Below, piece after piece: positions 13,037 to 25,131 of a stretch of DNA of 64,000 nt (the first letter of the stretch is position 1; each line of letters opens with the position of its first letter). The notes under the pieces were generated by a model that searched no databases, was not told where the DNA came from, and saw nothing but the letters and a program-made list of their open reading frames with translations. A program made the translations under genes and the position numbers. The DNA lies in contig NIVC01001686.1 of the NCBI GenBank assembly GCA_002269645.1, positions 1 through 64,000 of the forward strand, written 5' to 3'. Origin of the DNA: Macrostomum lignano (taxonomy: Eukaryota).

Positions 13037-15437
13037 GTTCCGGAGAACTTTGCCGACCGGGCCAGACTGCTTGCTGAAGCTGAATACTTCGGCCTGCGCC
13101 ATTTGCAGGTGAGATTTCAGCGGATATTGTGAAACGATAAATTGTCTAATATGCGAGAGGTTTCATAGCATGGACTGTCAATCAAAACCTGAGTGGTACT
13201 CTACTCTCCCGGCATGTGTACATGCACAGACAGACCCCAGACCGTTTGGGGCGGACTGGGGCGGTAAGTTGCGGTCAAACGAAGACCACCCAGAGCTGGG
13301 GGGGGGTCGAGAAGGGATAGAGAAGTGAGGATCGGGGAGAGTTTTGGACTTTGGGGGAAAATGGGAAGAATTATTTTCAAGCTTCGCCTCCCTTCCCCGA
13401 TCCCGCTAGCCAACCAACCCGGGGCTGAATTTCCCGCCCCCCTTCTCCCCTCTCACCGCCTCCTTTGCCTTCCCAGCCCCTCCTGAGCCCTAAGTCCATC
13501 CCACCCTGCCAAGACTCGGCTTCAGCGCTGCAAGCCCTCCCCCTGTTTCTGGCAAGTTGCCAAGCTGTTTAAAAAGCAGTTAACCCGCACTTTTCTACCA
13601 AATCTGGATACGATCTGAGATTGACAAAGGGGAGAGGGGCCGCTTGGCAACTCGCTCTGCACTCCATCTGAGTAGATGGGTCGGTGAGCGACTCGAACAG
13701 AACTCAAGGAGACAGCCGGTCAACTAGAAAACATTTATTGTTCCTATTGATTATATTTTTGCTATACTAGTAGTTTAAATTTGTTTATTATTAAACCAAA
13801 AAAGCATTTTGCGACAAGGTGAGAACAGGTCATGCAGTTTGATGAAAACATGTTTTTAACTGCTCATTCATGACTGAAATTAATCATTGTACATGAGCTT
13901 CATCTGATGCTGTTTATGAGCTTCATCTGATGCTGTTTATGAGCTTGATCTGATGCTGTTTATGAGCTTCATCTGATGCTGTTTATGAGCTTCATCTGAT
14001 GCTGTTTAGGAGCTTCATCTGATGCTGTTTATGAGCTTGATCTGATGCTGTTTATGAGCTTCATCTGATGCTGTTTATGAGCTTCATCTGATGCTGTTTA
14101 TGAGCTTCATCTGATGCTGTTTATGAGCTTGATCTGACACTGTTTATGAGCTTGATCTGATGCTGTTTATGAGCTTCATCTGACACTGTTTATGAGCTTC
14201 ATCTGATGCTGTTTATAAGCTTCTTCTGATGCTGTCTATGAGCTTCATCTGATGCTGTCTATTAGATTCATCTGATGCTGTCTATGAGCTTCATCTGACA
14301 CTGCTTATGAGCTTGATCTGATGCTGTTTATAAGCTTCATCTGATGCTGTTTATGAGCTTGATCTGATGCTGTCTATTAGATTCATCTGATGCTGTCTAT
14401 GAGCTTCATCTGACACTGTTTATGAGCTTCATCTGACACTGTTTATGAGCTTCATCTGACACTGTTTATGAGCTTCATCTGACACTGTTTATGAGCTTGA
14501 TCTGATGCTGTTTATGAGCTTCATCTGATGCTGTTTATGAGCTTTATCTGACACTGTTTATAAGCTTGATCTGATGCTGTTTATGAGCTTGATCTGATGC
14601 TGTTTATGAGTTTCATCTGATGCTGTTTATGAGTTTCATCTGATGCTGTCTATTAGATTCATCTGATGCAGTTCATGAGCTTCATCTGACACTGTTTATG
14701 AGCTTCATCTGATGCTGTTTATGAGCTTCATCTGACACTTTTTATGAGCTTCATCTGATGCTATCTTTGAGCTTCATCTGATGCTGTTTATGAGCTTCAT
14801 CTGATGCTATCTTTGAGCTTCATCTGATGCTGTTTATAAGCTTCATCTGATGCTGTTTATGAGCTTCATCTGATGCTATCTTTGAGCTTCATCTGATGCT
14901 GTTTATGAGCTTCGTCTGACCCCGTCATTCGTATTAGATTTTTATTAGAATCTCAAAAATTACCTGACACCAACTGTGACCTGGCCAATTCCCCAGGAGC
15001 TGCTCACCAGCCACCGCTCCAGAATCAGCGGCCCCGAAGCCATCATCCACCGTCTGGAACTCGACTGCACCTGCCAGAGAGAGGACTCAAAGTTGGCGAG
15101 TACGCCAACCGAGCGCTCCCAGATGGACAGGTGTCGAACGATGCGTCTGGAGCTGCAGGACAATCAGGACAAGTTGAACTACCTCGCCGAGCTGTGCAGA
15201 ATTGGCGGCAGAATTGTCAGCCACAGCAGCAGCATGACGATTGACAGCCAGCCAAGCCCACCTTGCCATCGCAGCTTCGAACGCTACCTGCTCGAGTTCA
15301 GCTTTGTTGATCCCTCCGCTGAGCAGAAGGAGAATGACGGCGCTGGCGCTACTCAGGTCTGCGGCGACTGCGTGGGAGCCCGGCTGCCCTTGGGGTCGCT
15401 TATGGTTGACAAGGCGGTGCCCATTGTGATTGATTGA
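13037..15437 (+). CDS. KCTD-family (T1-type BTB/POZ) protein, 3' exons only
   Basis: Exon 13037-13108 (ccccag|...CAG|gtgaga, phase 0/0) encodes VPENFADRARLLAEAEYFGLRHLQ, matching the end of KCTD BTB domains (LP.DF.E..RL..EA.YF.L..L). It joins in frame to exon 14997-15437 (ELLTSHRSR...ELCRIGGRIVSHSS...FERYLLEF...stop). The last exon could instead end at an internal donor. The N-terminal BTB exon(s) were not found in the window. Confidence 0.7.
13893..14919. repeat. 23-bp minisatellite in KCTD intron (~44 copies)
   Basis: Unit atgagcttcatctgatgctgttt with variants. Confidence 0.95.
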
Positions 15438-15473
15438 TTGCTGTCAGTGCTGCGACAAGAGATGACCGGCTGC

Positions 15474-16370
15474 ATTCTTCCCCTTCTACCGCCTCCATTC
15501 TTCCCCTTCTACCGCCTCCATTCTTCCCCTTCTACCGCCTCCATTCTTCCCCTTCTATCACCTCCATTCTTCCCCTTCTACAACCTCCATTCTTCTCCAT
15601 CTACCACCTCCATTCTTCCCCTTCTACAACCTCCATTCTTCCCCTTCTACCGCTTCCATTCTTCCCCTTCTACAACCTCCATTCTTCCCCTTCTACCGCC
15701 TCCATTATTCCCCTTCTACCGCCTCCATTCTTCCCCTTCTACCGCCTCCATTCTTCCCCTTCTACCACCTCCATTCTTCCCCTTCTACAACCTCCATTCT
15801 TCCCCTTCTACCGCCTCCATTATTCCCCTTCTACCGCCTCCATTCTTCCCTCCATTCTTCCCCTTCTACCGCCTCCATTCTTCCCCTCTTCTACCACCTC
15901 CATTCTTCCTCTTCTACCGCCTCCATTTTTCCCCTTCTACCGCCTCCATTCTTCCCCTTCTACAACCTCCATTCTTCCCCTTCTACCGCCTCCATTATTC
16001 CCCTTCTACCGCCTCCATTCTTCCCCTTCTACCGCCTCCATTCTTCCCCTTCTACCACCTCCATTCTTCCCCTTCTACAACCTCCATTCTTCCCCTTCTA
16101 CCGCCTCCATTCTTCCCCTTCTACCGCCTCCATTCTTCCCCTCCATTCTTCCCCTTCTACCGCCTCCATTCTTCCCCTTCTACCACCTCCATTCTTCCTC
16201 TTCTACCGCCTCCATTTTTCCCCTTCTACCGCCTCCATTCTTCCCCTTCTACCGCCTCCATTCTTCCCCTCCATTCTTCCCCTTCTACCGCCTCCATTCT
16301 TCCTCTTCTACCCCCTCCATTTTTCCCCTTCTACCGCCTCCATCCTTCCCCTTCTACCACCTCCATTCTT
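15474..16370. repeat. 23-bp pyrimidine-rich minisatellite (~39 copies)
   Basis: Unit cccttctaccgcctccattcttc. Confidence 0.95.
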
Positions 16371-18346
16371 TCCTCAACCACCTCCGCGGTAGGAAGCCAG
16401 TTTTGCAGCAATAAATTCAGTCAACTCAGGTAAGCTTCAAAGTCACTCTAGCAAAAAATATTGAAATTCAAATTACAGAACTTTGGCAACTTTGGAAAGT
16501 CGAGGTTTTCAATAAAATAAAAGATACAACAAACTTTATTTTGTTTTGTCATTATCGAAATTGTTATAATTAGCAGAAATTTTCATTACAACCACTTCTC
16601 ATCGTGCGTTTTCAAGTTCACGAACTTCAGTCTCAGTGGTGCAGCCTGGCACCCAGTAGTTAAATGTTTTATTTGGTTAGTATTTGTTTTAACTTTATCA
16701 CTCGGTTTTAGTTAGTTTTCTTTAATAAGTAAAAAAATTACTAAGAAGCAACAGCAAGTTGACAACAGAATGCTACCTCACAGCCTTGGGCGCAGTTCTC
16801 TAATCCCTCTGATTGAGGTAAAACTGTACCCACAGGTGTAATAAATTTTACCTCGTGTCACGTAAAATATCGCAACAAGTTTTGTTATAATCGTATTCTT
16901 AATTCCATAATTTACCTAGGAATCCACAATGTCATTGTTAATATTCATATTGCTAAAATTTTTGTTTGATTTAACTACAAAACATTTTGTTTTGTGGAAC
17001 TAAAATTTCATGGCTGAAATTAAAAAAACAATTCTAGATTAAGTTCAAACTTTAATTTAAATGTATTTATTCACACAACTTATTAAAACTTTAACTTTTA
17101 GTTCATTTCGAAAAGGAAATCATACCAGGATTAATAAAAGCTACGAGTAATTAATTGAACTAATTAAAAGTTTAATCTCAATTGTGCTCTCATTTATCTG
17201 CTTCAATATTAAAACTATACAATTAAAACAAATATCATTTGTTAATTAACTAGTTAACTAAAGTGCCACGAAATTTATGAAAAACAATGCTATCGAAAAA
17301 GAGAAGAATTCGTTAATTTTGCTTTCTTTTCCTTTAATTTATTATAACAAATCAAATGTGCTCTCAACCGTGGACGAGATGGCGCCCGAAAGTTTGTAAA
17401 TAGAATTTAGTTTTTACCGTTCCTTAATCGCTAGGCTTAGGTCGTTCCCATACAAATTTATGCATCATTCACGCCATCACGTCGAACAAAATTGAAAATA
17501 AACGCAGCGTTTTGAAAGATCCCGAGAATGTCTGTACAATATTCAATATGGCTATTGCATGGTTTAGTATGGTCGGATAGAGAACCTGCTCTCACTTATT
17601 TTCTCATTAAAAATTCACGCCAATTGTAATAAAATCTTATTCGCTTCAATCATTTCTGTCGCTTTTGCTTTTTTGCTTATCTGATCCGAATCCAAAAATA
17701 ATAAAAATATTAAACCAAAAATCTTTTATTCTAGTGGTTTCTGCACTACTCTACTTAGATCACGATGTGTTAGAAGTGTGTGACGCGTTGTTTTACTTTT
17801 CAGTCTGATTCACTTGAAACTGTCTGATACTTTTCTGTGTTGTATTTTTTGTTAAAATTCAACAGCCAGTTATACTTGGCCGAGTTGCGGACGCGCTTCA
17901 ATGGTACACACTTCTGTATAGATTTGCCTGATCGATCTATTACGTACTTAAACTATTGAAATTGATCAATACATACGATTTGTACCCTTATTTTCTTAGC
18001 CGTTATCAAAACTATCCAACCTATTCAATTTGTTTAAATGCATGTCTACAAGTAGAATTACGAGGCTAAATATTTGTTGTTTTATTTTTTGGCGCTCTCC
18101 CATCTAAACACCCAGCTCTATTGAATGATGCAAGTTTTCCTGAAAGGTACTTCGGCTAGAGGAACAAATATATTTGCTGTCTAATGGGTCATCAACTCAT
18201 AGCTTTTGTTTGAATTTTTTCGTAAATTTGCGTCGCAAAAGATCGTAATATTGACTGACTCCTGGCACTGACGTGCAGTTGACCTACGCAGGAGTTTTCA
18301 TTTGGGGGGGCCGCAACCCTTGGGCGCCAATATTCGGTATCTATAT

Positions 18347-19950
18347 TGGCACCCCTGTCTCGGGTTGGCGCCCCTGTCTCTTCGTTGGCGCCCCTGTCTC
18401 TTCGTTGGCGCCCCTGTCTGTCTTGGGTTGGCGCCCCTGTCTCTTGGGTTGGCGCCCCTGTCTCTTGGTTGGCGCCCCTGTCTCTTGGGTTGGCGCCCCT
18501 GTCTCTTGGGTTGGCGCCCCTGTCTCTTGGTTGGCGCCCCTGTCTCTTGGGTTGGCGCCCCTGTCTCTTGGGTTGGCGCCCCTGTCTCTTGGGTTGGCGC
18601 CCCTGTCTCTTGGGTTGGCGCCCCTGTCTCTTGGTTGGCGCCCCCTGTTTCTTGGGTTGGCGCCCCTGTCTCTTGGGTTGGCGCCCCTGTCTCTTGGGTT
18701 GGCGCCCCTGTCTCTTGGGTTGGCGCCCCTGTCTCTTGGTTGGCGCCCCTGTCTCTTGGTTGGCGCCCCTGTCTCTTGGTTGGCGCCCTGTCTCTTGGTT
18801 GGCGCCCCTGTCTCTTGGTTGGCGCCCCTGTCTGTCTTGGGTTGGCGCCCCTGTCTCTTGGTTGGCGCCCCTGTCTCTTGGTTGGCGCCCCTGTCTCTTG
18901 GGTTGGCGCCCCTGTCTCTTGGGTTGGCGCCCCTGTCTCTTGGGTTGGCGCCCCTGTCTCTTGGTTGGCGCCCCTGTCTCTTGGGTTGGCGCCCCTGTCT
19001 CTTGGGTTGGCGCCCCTGTCTCTTGGGTTGGCGCCCCTGTTTCTTGGGTTGGCGCCCCTGTCTCTTGGGTTGGCGCCCCTGTCTCTTGGGTTGGCGCCCC
19101 TGTCTCTTGGTTGGCGCCCCTGTCTCTTGGGTTGGCGCCCCTGTCTCTTGGTTGGCGCCCTGTCTCTTGGTTGGCGCCCCTGTCTCTTGGGTTGGCGCCC
19201 CTGTCTGTCTTGGGTTGGCGCCCCTGTCTCTTGGTTGGCGCCCCTGTCTCTTGGGTTGGCGCCCCTGTCTCTTGGGTTGGCGCCCCTGTCTCTTGGGTTG
19301 GCGCCCCTGTCTCTTGGGTTGGCGCCCCTGTCTCTTGGTTGGCGCCCCTGTCTCTTGGGTTGGCGCCCCTGTCTCTTGGGTTGGCGCCCCTGTCTCTTGG
19401 GTTGGCGCCCCTGTCTCTTGGGTTGGCGCCCCTGTCTCTTGGTTGGCGCCCCTGTCTCTTGGGTTGGCGCCCCTGTCTCTTGGGTTGGCGCCCCTGTCTC
19501 TTGGGTTGGCGCCCCTGTCTCTTGGGTTGGCGCCCCTGTCTCTTGGTTGGCGCCCCTGTCTCTTGGGTTGGCGCCCCTGTCTCTTGGGTTGGCGCCCCTG
19601 TCTCTTGGGTTGGCGCCCCTGTCTCTTGGGTTGGCGCCCCTGTCTCTTGGGTTGGCGCCCCTGTTTCTTGGGTTGGCGCCCCTGTCTCTTGGGTTGGCGC
19701 CCCTGTCTCTTGGGTTGGCGCCCCTGTCTCTTGGGTTGGCGCCCCTGTCTCTTGGGTTGGCGCCCCTGTCTCTTGGTTGGCGCCCCTGTCTCTCGGGTTG
19801 GCGCCCCTGTCTCTTGGGTTGGCGCCCCTGTCTCTTGGGTTGGCGCCCCTGTCTCTTGGGTTGGCACCCCTGTCTCGGGTTGGCGCCCCTGTCTGTCTTG
19901 GGTTGGCGCCCCTGTCTGTCTTGGGTTGGCGCCCTGTCTCTTCGTTGGCG
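18347..19950. repeat. 20/21-bp minisatellite (~75 copies)
   Basis: Unit ttggcgcccctgtctcttgg(g); source of the 500-600 aa spurious ORFs on both strands. Confidence 0.97.
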
Positions 19951-20319
19951 CGCCACTCCTGTCTCAGCTACATGTAGGCCTGTGGATGCCAGGTCTAAGA
20001 GGTGATAAAAGTTGCGCTCCTGTCATTTTTGTCAGCTTGGTTGCAGCTCTTTCATCTTCAGTTTTTTGACGATCGTGGCCCCCTCCCCCTGCCCCAATCT
20101 GTGTAGGCCATTTGTGTTGTAAAAAAGGCTTTATTCAAAATGCTTTTGCCATTTAGCATGCCGATACCATGAGCATGCAAGGGTTGCCACGCCCATTAAT
20201 TACATGTAATAACTGGCAATTTTAATGTACAAAGGTAATTATAAATTGGTAAACAATATTAGATCTCAGTCTAAATTCCTGCCTTCTAAAATTTATGAGG
20301 TATATCATATTTTTATCCC

Positions 20320-21478
20320 AAGATGGCGCTCCCAAGATGGCGCTCCCAAGATGGCGCCCCCAAAAGATGGCGCTCCCAAAATAGCGCTCCCAAGATGGCG
20401 CTATCAAGATGGCGCTACCAAGATGGCGCCTCTATGGTGCGACCCCCAGGACAGAGCCCCAAGATGGCGCTATCAAGATGGCGCTACCAAGATGGCGCTG
20501 CCAAGATGGCGCTCCCAAAAGATGGCGCTCCCAAAATAGCGCTCCCAAGATGGCGCTGCCAAGATGGCGCTCCCAAAATATGGCGCTCCCAAGATGGCGC
20601 TCCAAAAGATGGCGCTACCAAGATGGCGCTATCAAGATGGCGCTACCAAGATGGTGCTCCCAAAAGATGGAGCTACCAAGATGGCGCTACTAAGATGGCG
20701 CTATCAAGATGGCGCTACCAAGATGGCGCTACCAAGATGGCGCCTCTATGGTGCGACCCCCAGGACAGAGCCCCAAGATGGCGCTATCAAGATGGCGCTA
20801 CCAAGATGGCGCTGCCAAGATGGCGCTCCCAAAAGATGGCGCTCCCAAAATAGCGCTCCCAAGATGGCGCTGCCAAGATGGCGCTCCCAAAATATGGCGC
20901 TCCCAAGATGGCGCTCCCAAAAGATGGCGCTACCAAGATGGCGCTATCAAGATGGCGCTACCAAGATGGTGCTCCCAAAAGATGGAGCTACCAAGATGGC
21001 GCTACTAAGATGGCGCTATCAAGATGGCGCTACCAATATGGCGCTACCAAGATGGCGCCTCTATGGTGCGACCCCCAGGACAGAGCCCCAAGATGGCGCT
21101 ATCAAGATGGCGCTACCAAGATGGCGCTGCCAAGATGGCGCTCCCAAAAGATGGCGCTCCCAAAATAGCGCTCCCAAGATGGCGCTGCCAAGATGGCGCT
21201 CCCAAAATATGGCGCTCCCAAGATGGCGCTCCCAAAAGATGGCGCTACCAAGATGGTGCTATCAAGATGGCGCTACCAAGATGGCGCTCCCAAAAGATGG
21301 CGCTCCCAAAATAGCGCTCCCAAGATGGCGCTATCAAGATGGCGCTACCAAGATGGCGCTGCCAAGATGGCGCTCCCAAAAGATGGCGCTCCCAAGATGG
21401 CGCTCCCAAAAGATGGCGCTACCAAGATGGCGCCTCTATGGTGCGACCCCAAGGACAGAGCCCCAAAATGGCGCCCCA
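20320..21478. repeat. AAGATGGCGCT-core satellite with ~315-bp higher-order repeat
   Basis: Units of ~14-16 bp, aagatggcgct(ccc/acc/atc/gcc). Marker tctatggtgcgacccc at 20431, 20745, 21060, 21435 (spacing 314, 315, 375). Confidence 0.95.
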
Positions 21479-22175
21479 AGGCATCCCCACTTCATGCAGC
21501 TAATTAGCTGGCCATTGTAAGCCCTAGAATACCCTGGAGCGTGATTAAGGCTATTTAGCTAACAACGGGACCACAGGTACCCGCGCAGCTCCTGCTTCAA
21601 ACGGCCTTATGCAGGTAGCTAATGATGAAGCTCTATACAACCCGTCTATCTCACCTCATGCATCATGCTGTAAAACAACCACCCCCTGCAGAGGCCAATG
21701 CAAATCAAAATAATAAAGCGATGAAATTATCCAGTAGGAATTTATGACTATCAATCTATTTATCAATTATATTAGTTTAAATATTTAATGACTTTATGAG
21801 GCTGACGCATAATGACTGTACATCTGCGCTGTCTTTGATGAATTTCAACGCATTTCATTGGTTGGAGTTTGAGCAATCAGTTTGCCCAGAGCCCTGTCCC
21901 CATTCTCCCACCCCATTTGTGTTGATATTCTGTTGCAGCGGACTCACTTGAGACTGGAATCCCCGTAGCCCTCAGCTGCACTCCACTATAGCTACACTGT
22001 AGCATCTGACTGGTTTCCTACTGCTGATCAAACGCACCAGCAGTTTGTTCAACAATTTAAATCTGCTTAGCTTTGCGAATCTCTTCTACTCCATTTGGGG
22101 TAAGCTTGGCGTTGCTTCGGTGTGGTTACTGCTTGACGTGTGTTGCACTTTAGCGATTGTAGCTGTAGCTATCGA

Positions 22176-22998
22176 GTCATCTTGTCATCTAATCTAGGTG
22201 TCTCTTAGGTATCTAGTCATTTTGTCATCTAATCTAGGTGTCTCTTAGGTATCTAGTCATTTTGTCATCTAATCTAGGTGTCTCTTAGGTATCTAGTCAT
22301 TTTTTCATCTAATCTAGGTGTCTCTTAGGTATCTAGTCATTTTGTCATCTAATCTAGGTGTCTCTTAGGTATCTAGTCATCTTGTCATCTAATCTAGGTG
22401 TCTCTTAGGTATCTAGTCATTTTGTCATCTAATCTAGGTGTCTCTTAGGTATCTAGTCATTTTGTTATCTAATCTAGGTGTCTCTTAGGTATCTAGTCAT
22501 CTTGTCATCTAATCTAGGTGTCTCTTAGGTATCTAGTCATTTTGTCATCTAATCTAGGTGTCTCTTAGGTATCTAGTCATCTTGTCATCTAATCTAGCTG
22601 TCTCTCAGGTATCTAGTAATCTTGTCATCTAATCTAGCTGTCTCTTAGGTATCTAGTCATCTTGTCATCTAATCTAGGTGTCTCTCAGGTATCTAGTCAT
22701 TTTGTCATCTAATCTAGGTGTCTCTTAGGTATCGAGTCATCTTGTCATCTAATCTAGGTGTCTCTCAGGTATCTAGTCATCTTGTCATCTAATCTAGGTG
22801 TCTCTCAGGTATCTAGTCATCTTGTCATCTAATCTAGGTGTCTCTCAGGTATCTAGTCATTTTGTCATCTAATCTAGCTGTCTCTTAGGTATCTAGTCAT
22901 CTTGTCATCTAATCTAGGTGTCTCTCAGGTATCTAGTCATCTTGTCATCTAATCTAGCTGTCTCTTAGGTATCTAGTCATCTTGTCATCTAATCTAGC
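22176..22998. repeat. 40-bp minisatellite (~21 copies)
   Basis: Unit tctcttaggtatctagtcattttgtcatctaatctaggtg. Confidence 0.95.
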
Positions 22999-23436
22999 TA
23001 GGTAAGCATCTAGTCATCTAATTCAAAACTATCTAAAACTCACTCATCTGCAGTTCGTACTCAAAGTTTAACAAAGTCATCTAAAGGCAGAGGGACAAAT
23101 CAAGTTTCAACTAAGCAGCATGCAGCCCCATCATCATTGAATGCCAGTCTCCGCTCAGGACTGTTGGATTGGGAGGGCGCATATTTTGATTAAATTAACT
23201 GGTTTTTTCACTTCATACGCGTCCGCTCCCATCTGTATGCAGCGCCTGCAGTATTTCTCGATTCTCTTCTCTTTTTGGCGTGTTCGATTTGCGGCAGAAA
23301 AAAGCTGGACTATGGGAACGCATTGTCTGTCAGTTCAGTCAGCTGGGCCTCCTGTCGTTTACTCTGCTGTGTATCCGGATTTTTTTATTGCATCCTCTGC
23401 TGCATCATCGTTTGACCGACACTGCTGCCTCATCTC

Positions 23437-24580
23437 CTAGTCTCTAGATTGTTGTCTCTAGTCTCTATATTAATGCTCTAGTCTCTAGATTGATGCCTCT
23501 AGTCTCTAGATTGATGCCTCTAGTCTCTAGATTGTTGTCTCTAGTCTCTAGATTGATGCCTCTAGTATCTAGATTGTTGTCTCTAGTCTCTATATTAATG
23601 CCTCTAGTCTCTAGATTGATGCCTCTATAGTCTCTAGATTGATGCCTCTAGTCTCTAGATTGTTGTCTCTAGTCTCTATATTAATGCCTCTAGTCTCTAG
23701 ATTGATGCCTCTATAGTCTCTAGATTGATGCCTCTAGTCTCTAGATTGTTGTCTCTAGTCTCTATATTAATGCCTCTAGTCTCTAGATTGATGCTTCTAT
23801 AGTCTCTAGATTGATGCCTCTAGTCTCTAGATTGTTGTCTCTAGTCTCTAGATTGTTGTCTCTAGTCTCTATATTAATGCCTCTAGTCTCTAGATTGATG
23901 CCTCTAGTCTCTAGATTGATGCCTCTATAGTCTCTAGATTGATGCCTCTAGTCTCTAGATTGTTGTCTCTAGTCTCTAGATTGTTGTCTCTAGTCTCTAT
24001 ATTAATGCCTCTAGTCTCTAGATTGATGCCTCTAGTCTCTAGATTGTTGTCTCTAGTCTCTAGATTGTTGTCTCTAGTCTCTAGATTGATGCCTCTATAG
24101 TCTCTAGATTGATGCCTCTAGTCTCTAGATTGTTGTCTCTAGTCTCTAGATTGTTGTCTCTAGTCTCCAGATTGTTGTCTCTAGTCTCTATATTAATGCC
24201 TCTAGTCTCTAGATTGATGCCTCTAGTCTCTAGATTGATGCCTCTATAGTCTCTAGATTGATGCCTCTAGTCTCTAGATTGTTGTCTCTAGTCTCCAGAT
24301 TGTTGGCTCTAGTCTCTAGATTGTGGTCTTTAGTCTCTAGATTGTTGTCTCTAGTCTCCAGATGGTTGGCTCTAGTCTCTAGATTGTGGTCTCTAGTCTC
24401 TAGATGGTTGGCGCTAGTCTCTAGATGGTTGTCTCTAGTCTCTAGATGGTTGGCTCTTGTCTTTTGATTGTTGCCTCTAGTCCCTAGATTATTGTCTCTA
24501 GTCTCTAGATCAGTGTCTCTAGATTATATATATTTGTCTCTAAGTCTCTAGAATATTGTCTCAAGTTTCTAGATTACTCT
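23437..24580. repeat. 21-bp TCTAGA-rich minisatellite
   Basis: Unit ctctagtctctagattg(ttgt/atgc), degenerating at the right end. Confidence 0.93.
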
Positions 24581-25131
24581 CTAGACGCTAGATTATTGTT
24601 TAAATAGTCTAGTCTCGGTCTCTAGTATCTAGGTATCTACACACTTCTCTGTCCTCCATTCCCTCCCTCTTCCCTCTGCACAGTTTATCTGGAAAGTCTA
24701 ATGTAATAATGTTCTTAAACCGCCACAGAAACTAAGACTACACTATTTTATGCAGTTACATGCCACTAGCGCCTGCTCAACCGCAAGGCGGCCTGGACTG
24801 GTTCATCTGAATAATTGAGATTCTGAAACTCTCCGGAGGGGGGGGGAAACTTCTCTAACAACACCTGCATCGTACGAGCGTATCTTTGGCGCTATCGTGA
24901 ATCTAAAATTCCGCTATCTATCGATGCGTTGTTGGATGTCTGATATTGAGGTCAGCGGAATGTAGACACACAATCAACTGCCCGCCCGCTTCAAGCCCTA
25001 GCCCCCCCCCCCCTGATACCTTTAGCTGAAGGATTTCTTTATTTATTTATGTATTCACACCGGGGCACCGTTGAGATTTGATCTCAAATTACTCAGAAAT
25101 TGCGTTTGAATTAGACAGCTTCACCGCCGTA

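Noticed and set aside
18273-21520. 300-600 aa ORFs on both strands
   Set aside because: Pure translations of 21-bp and ~15-bp repeats, open in many frames, with no domain or splice context.
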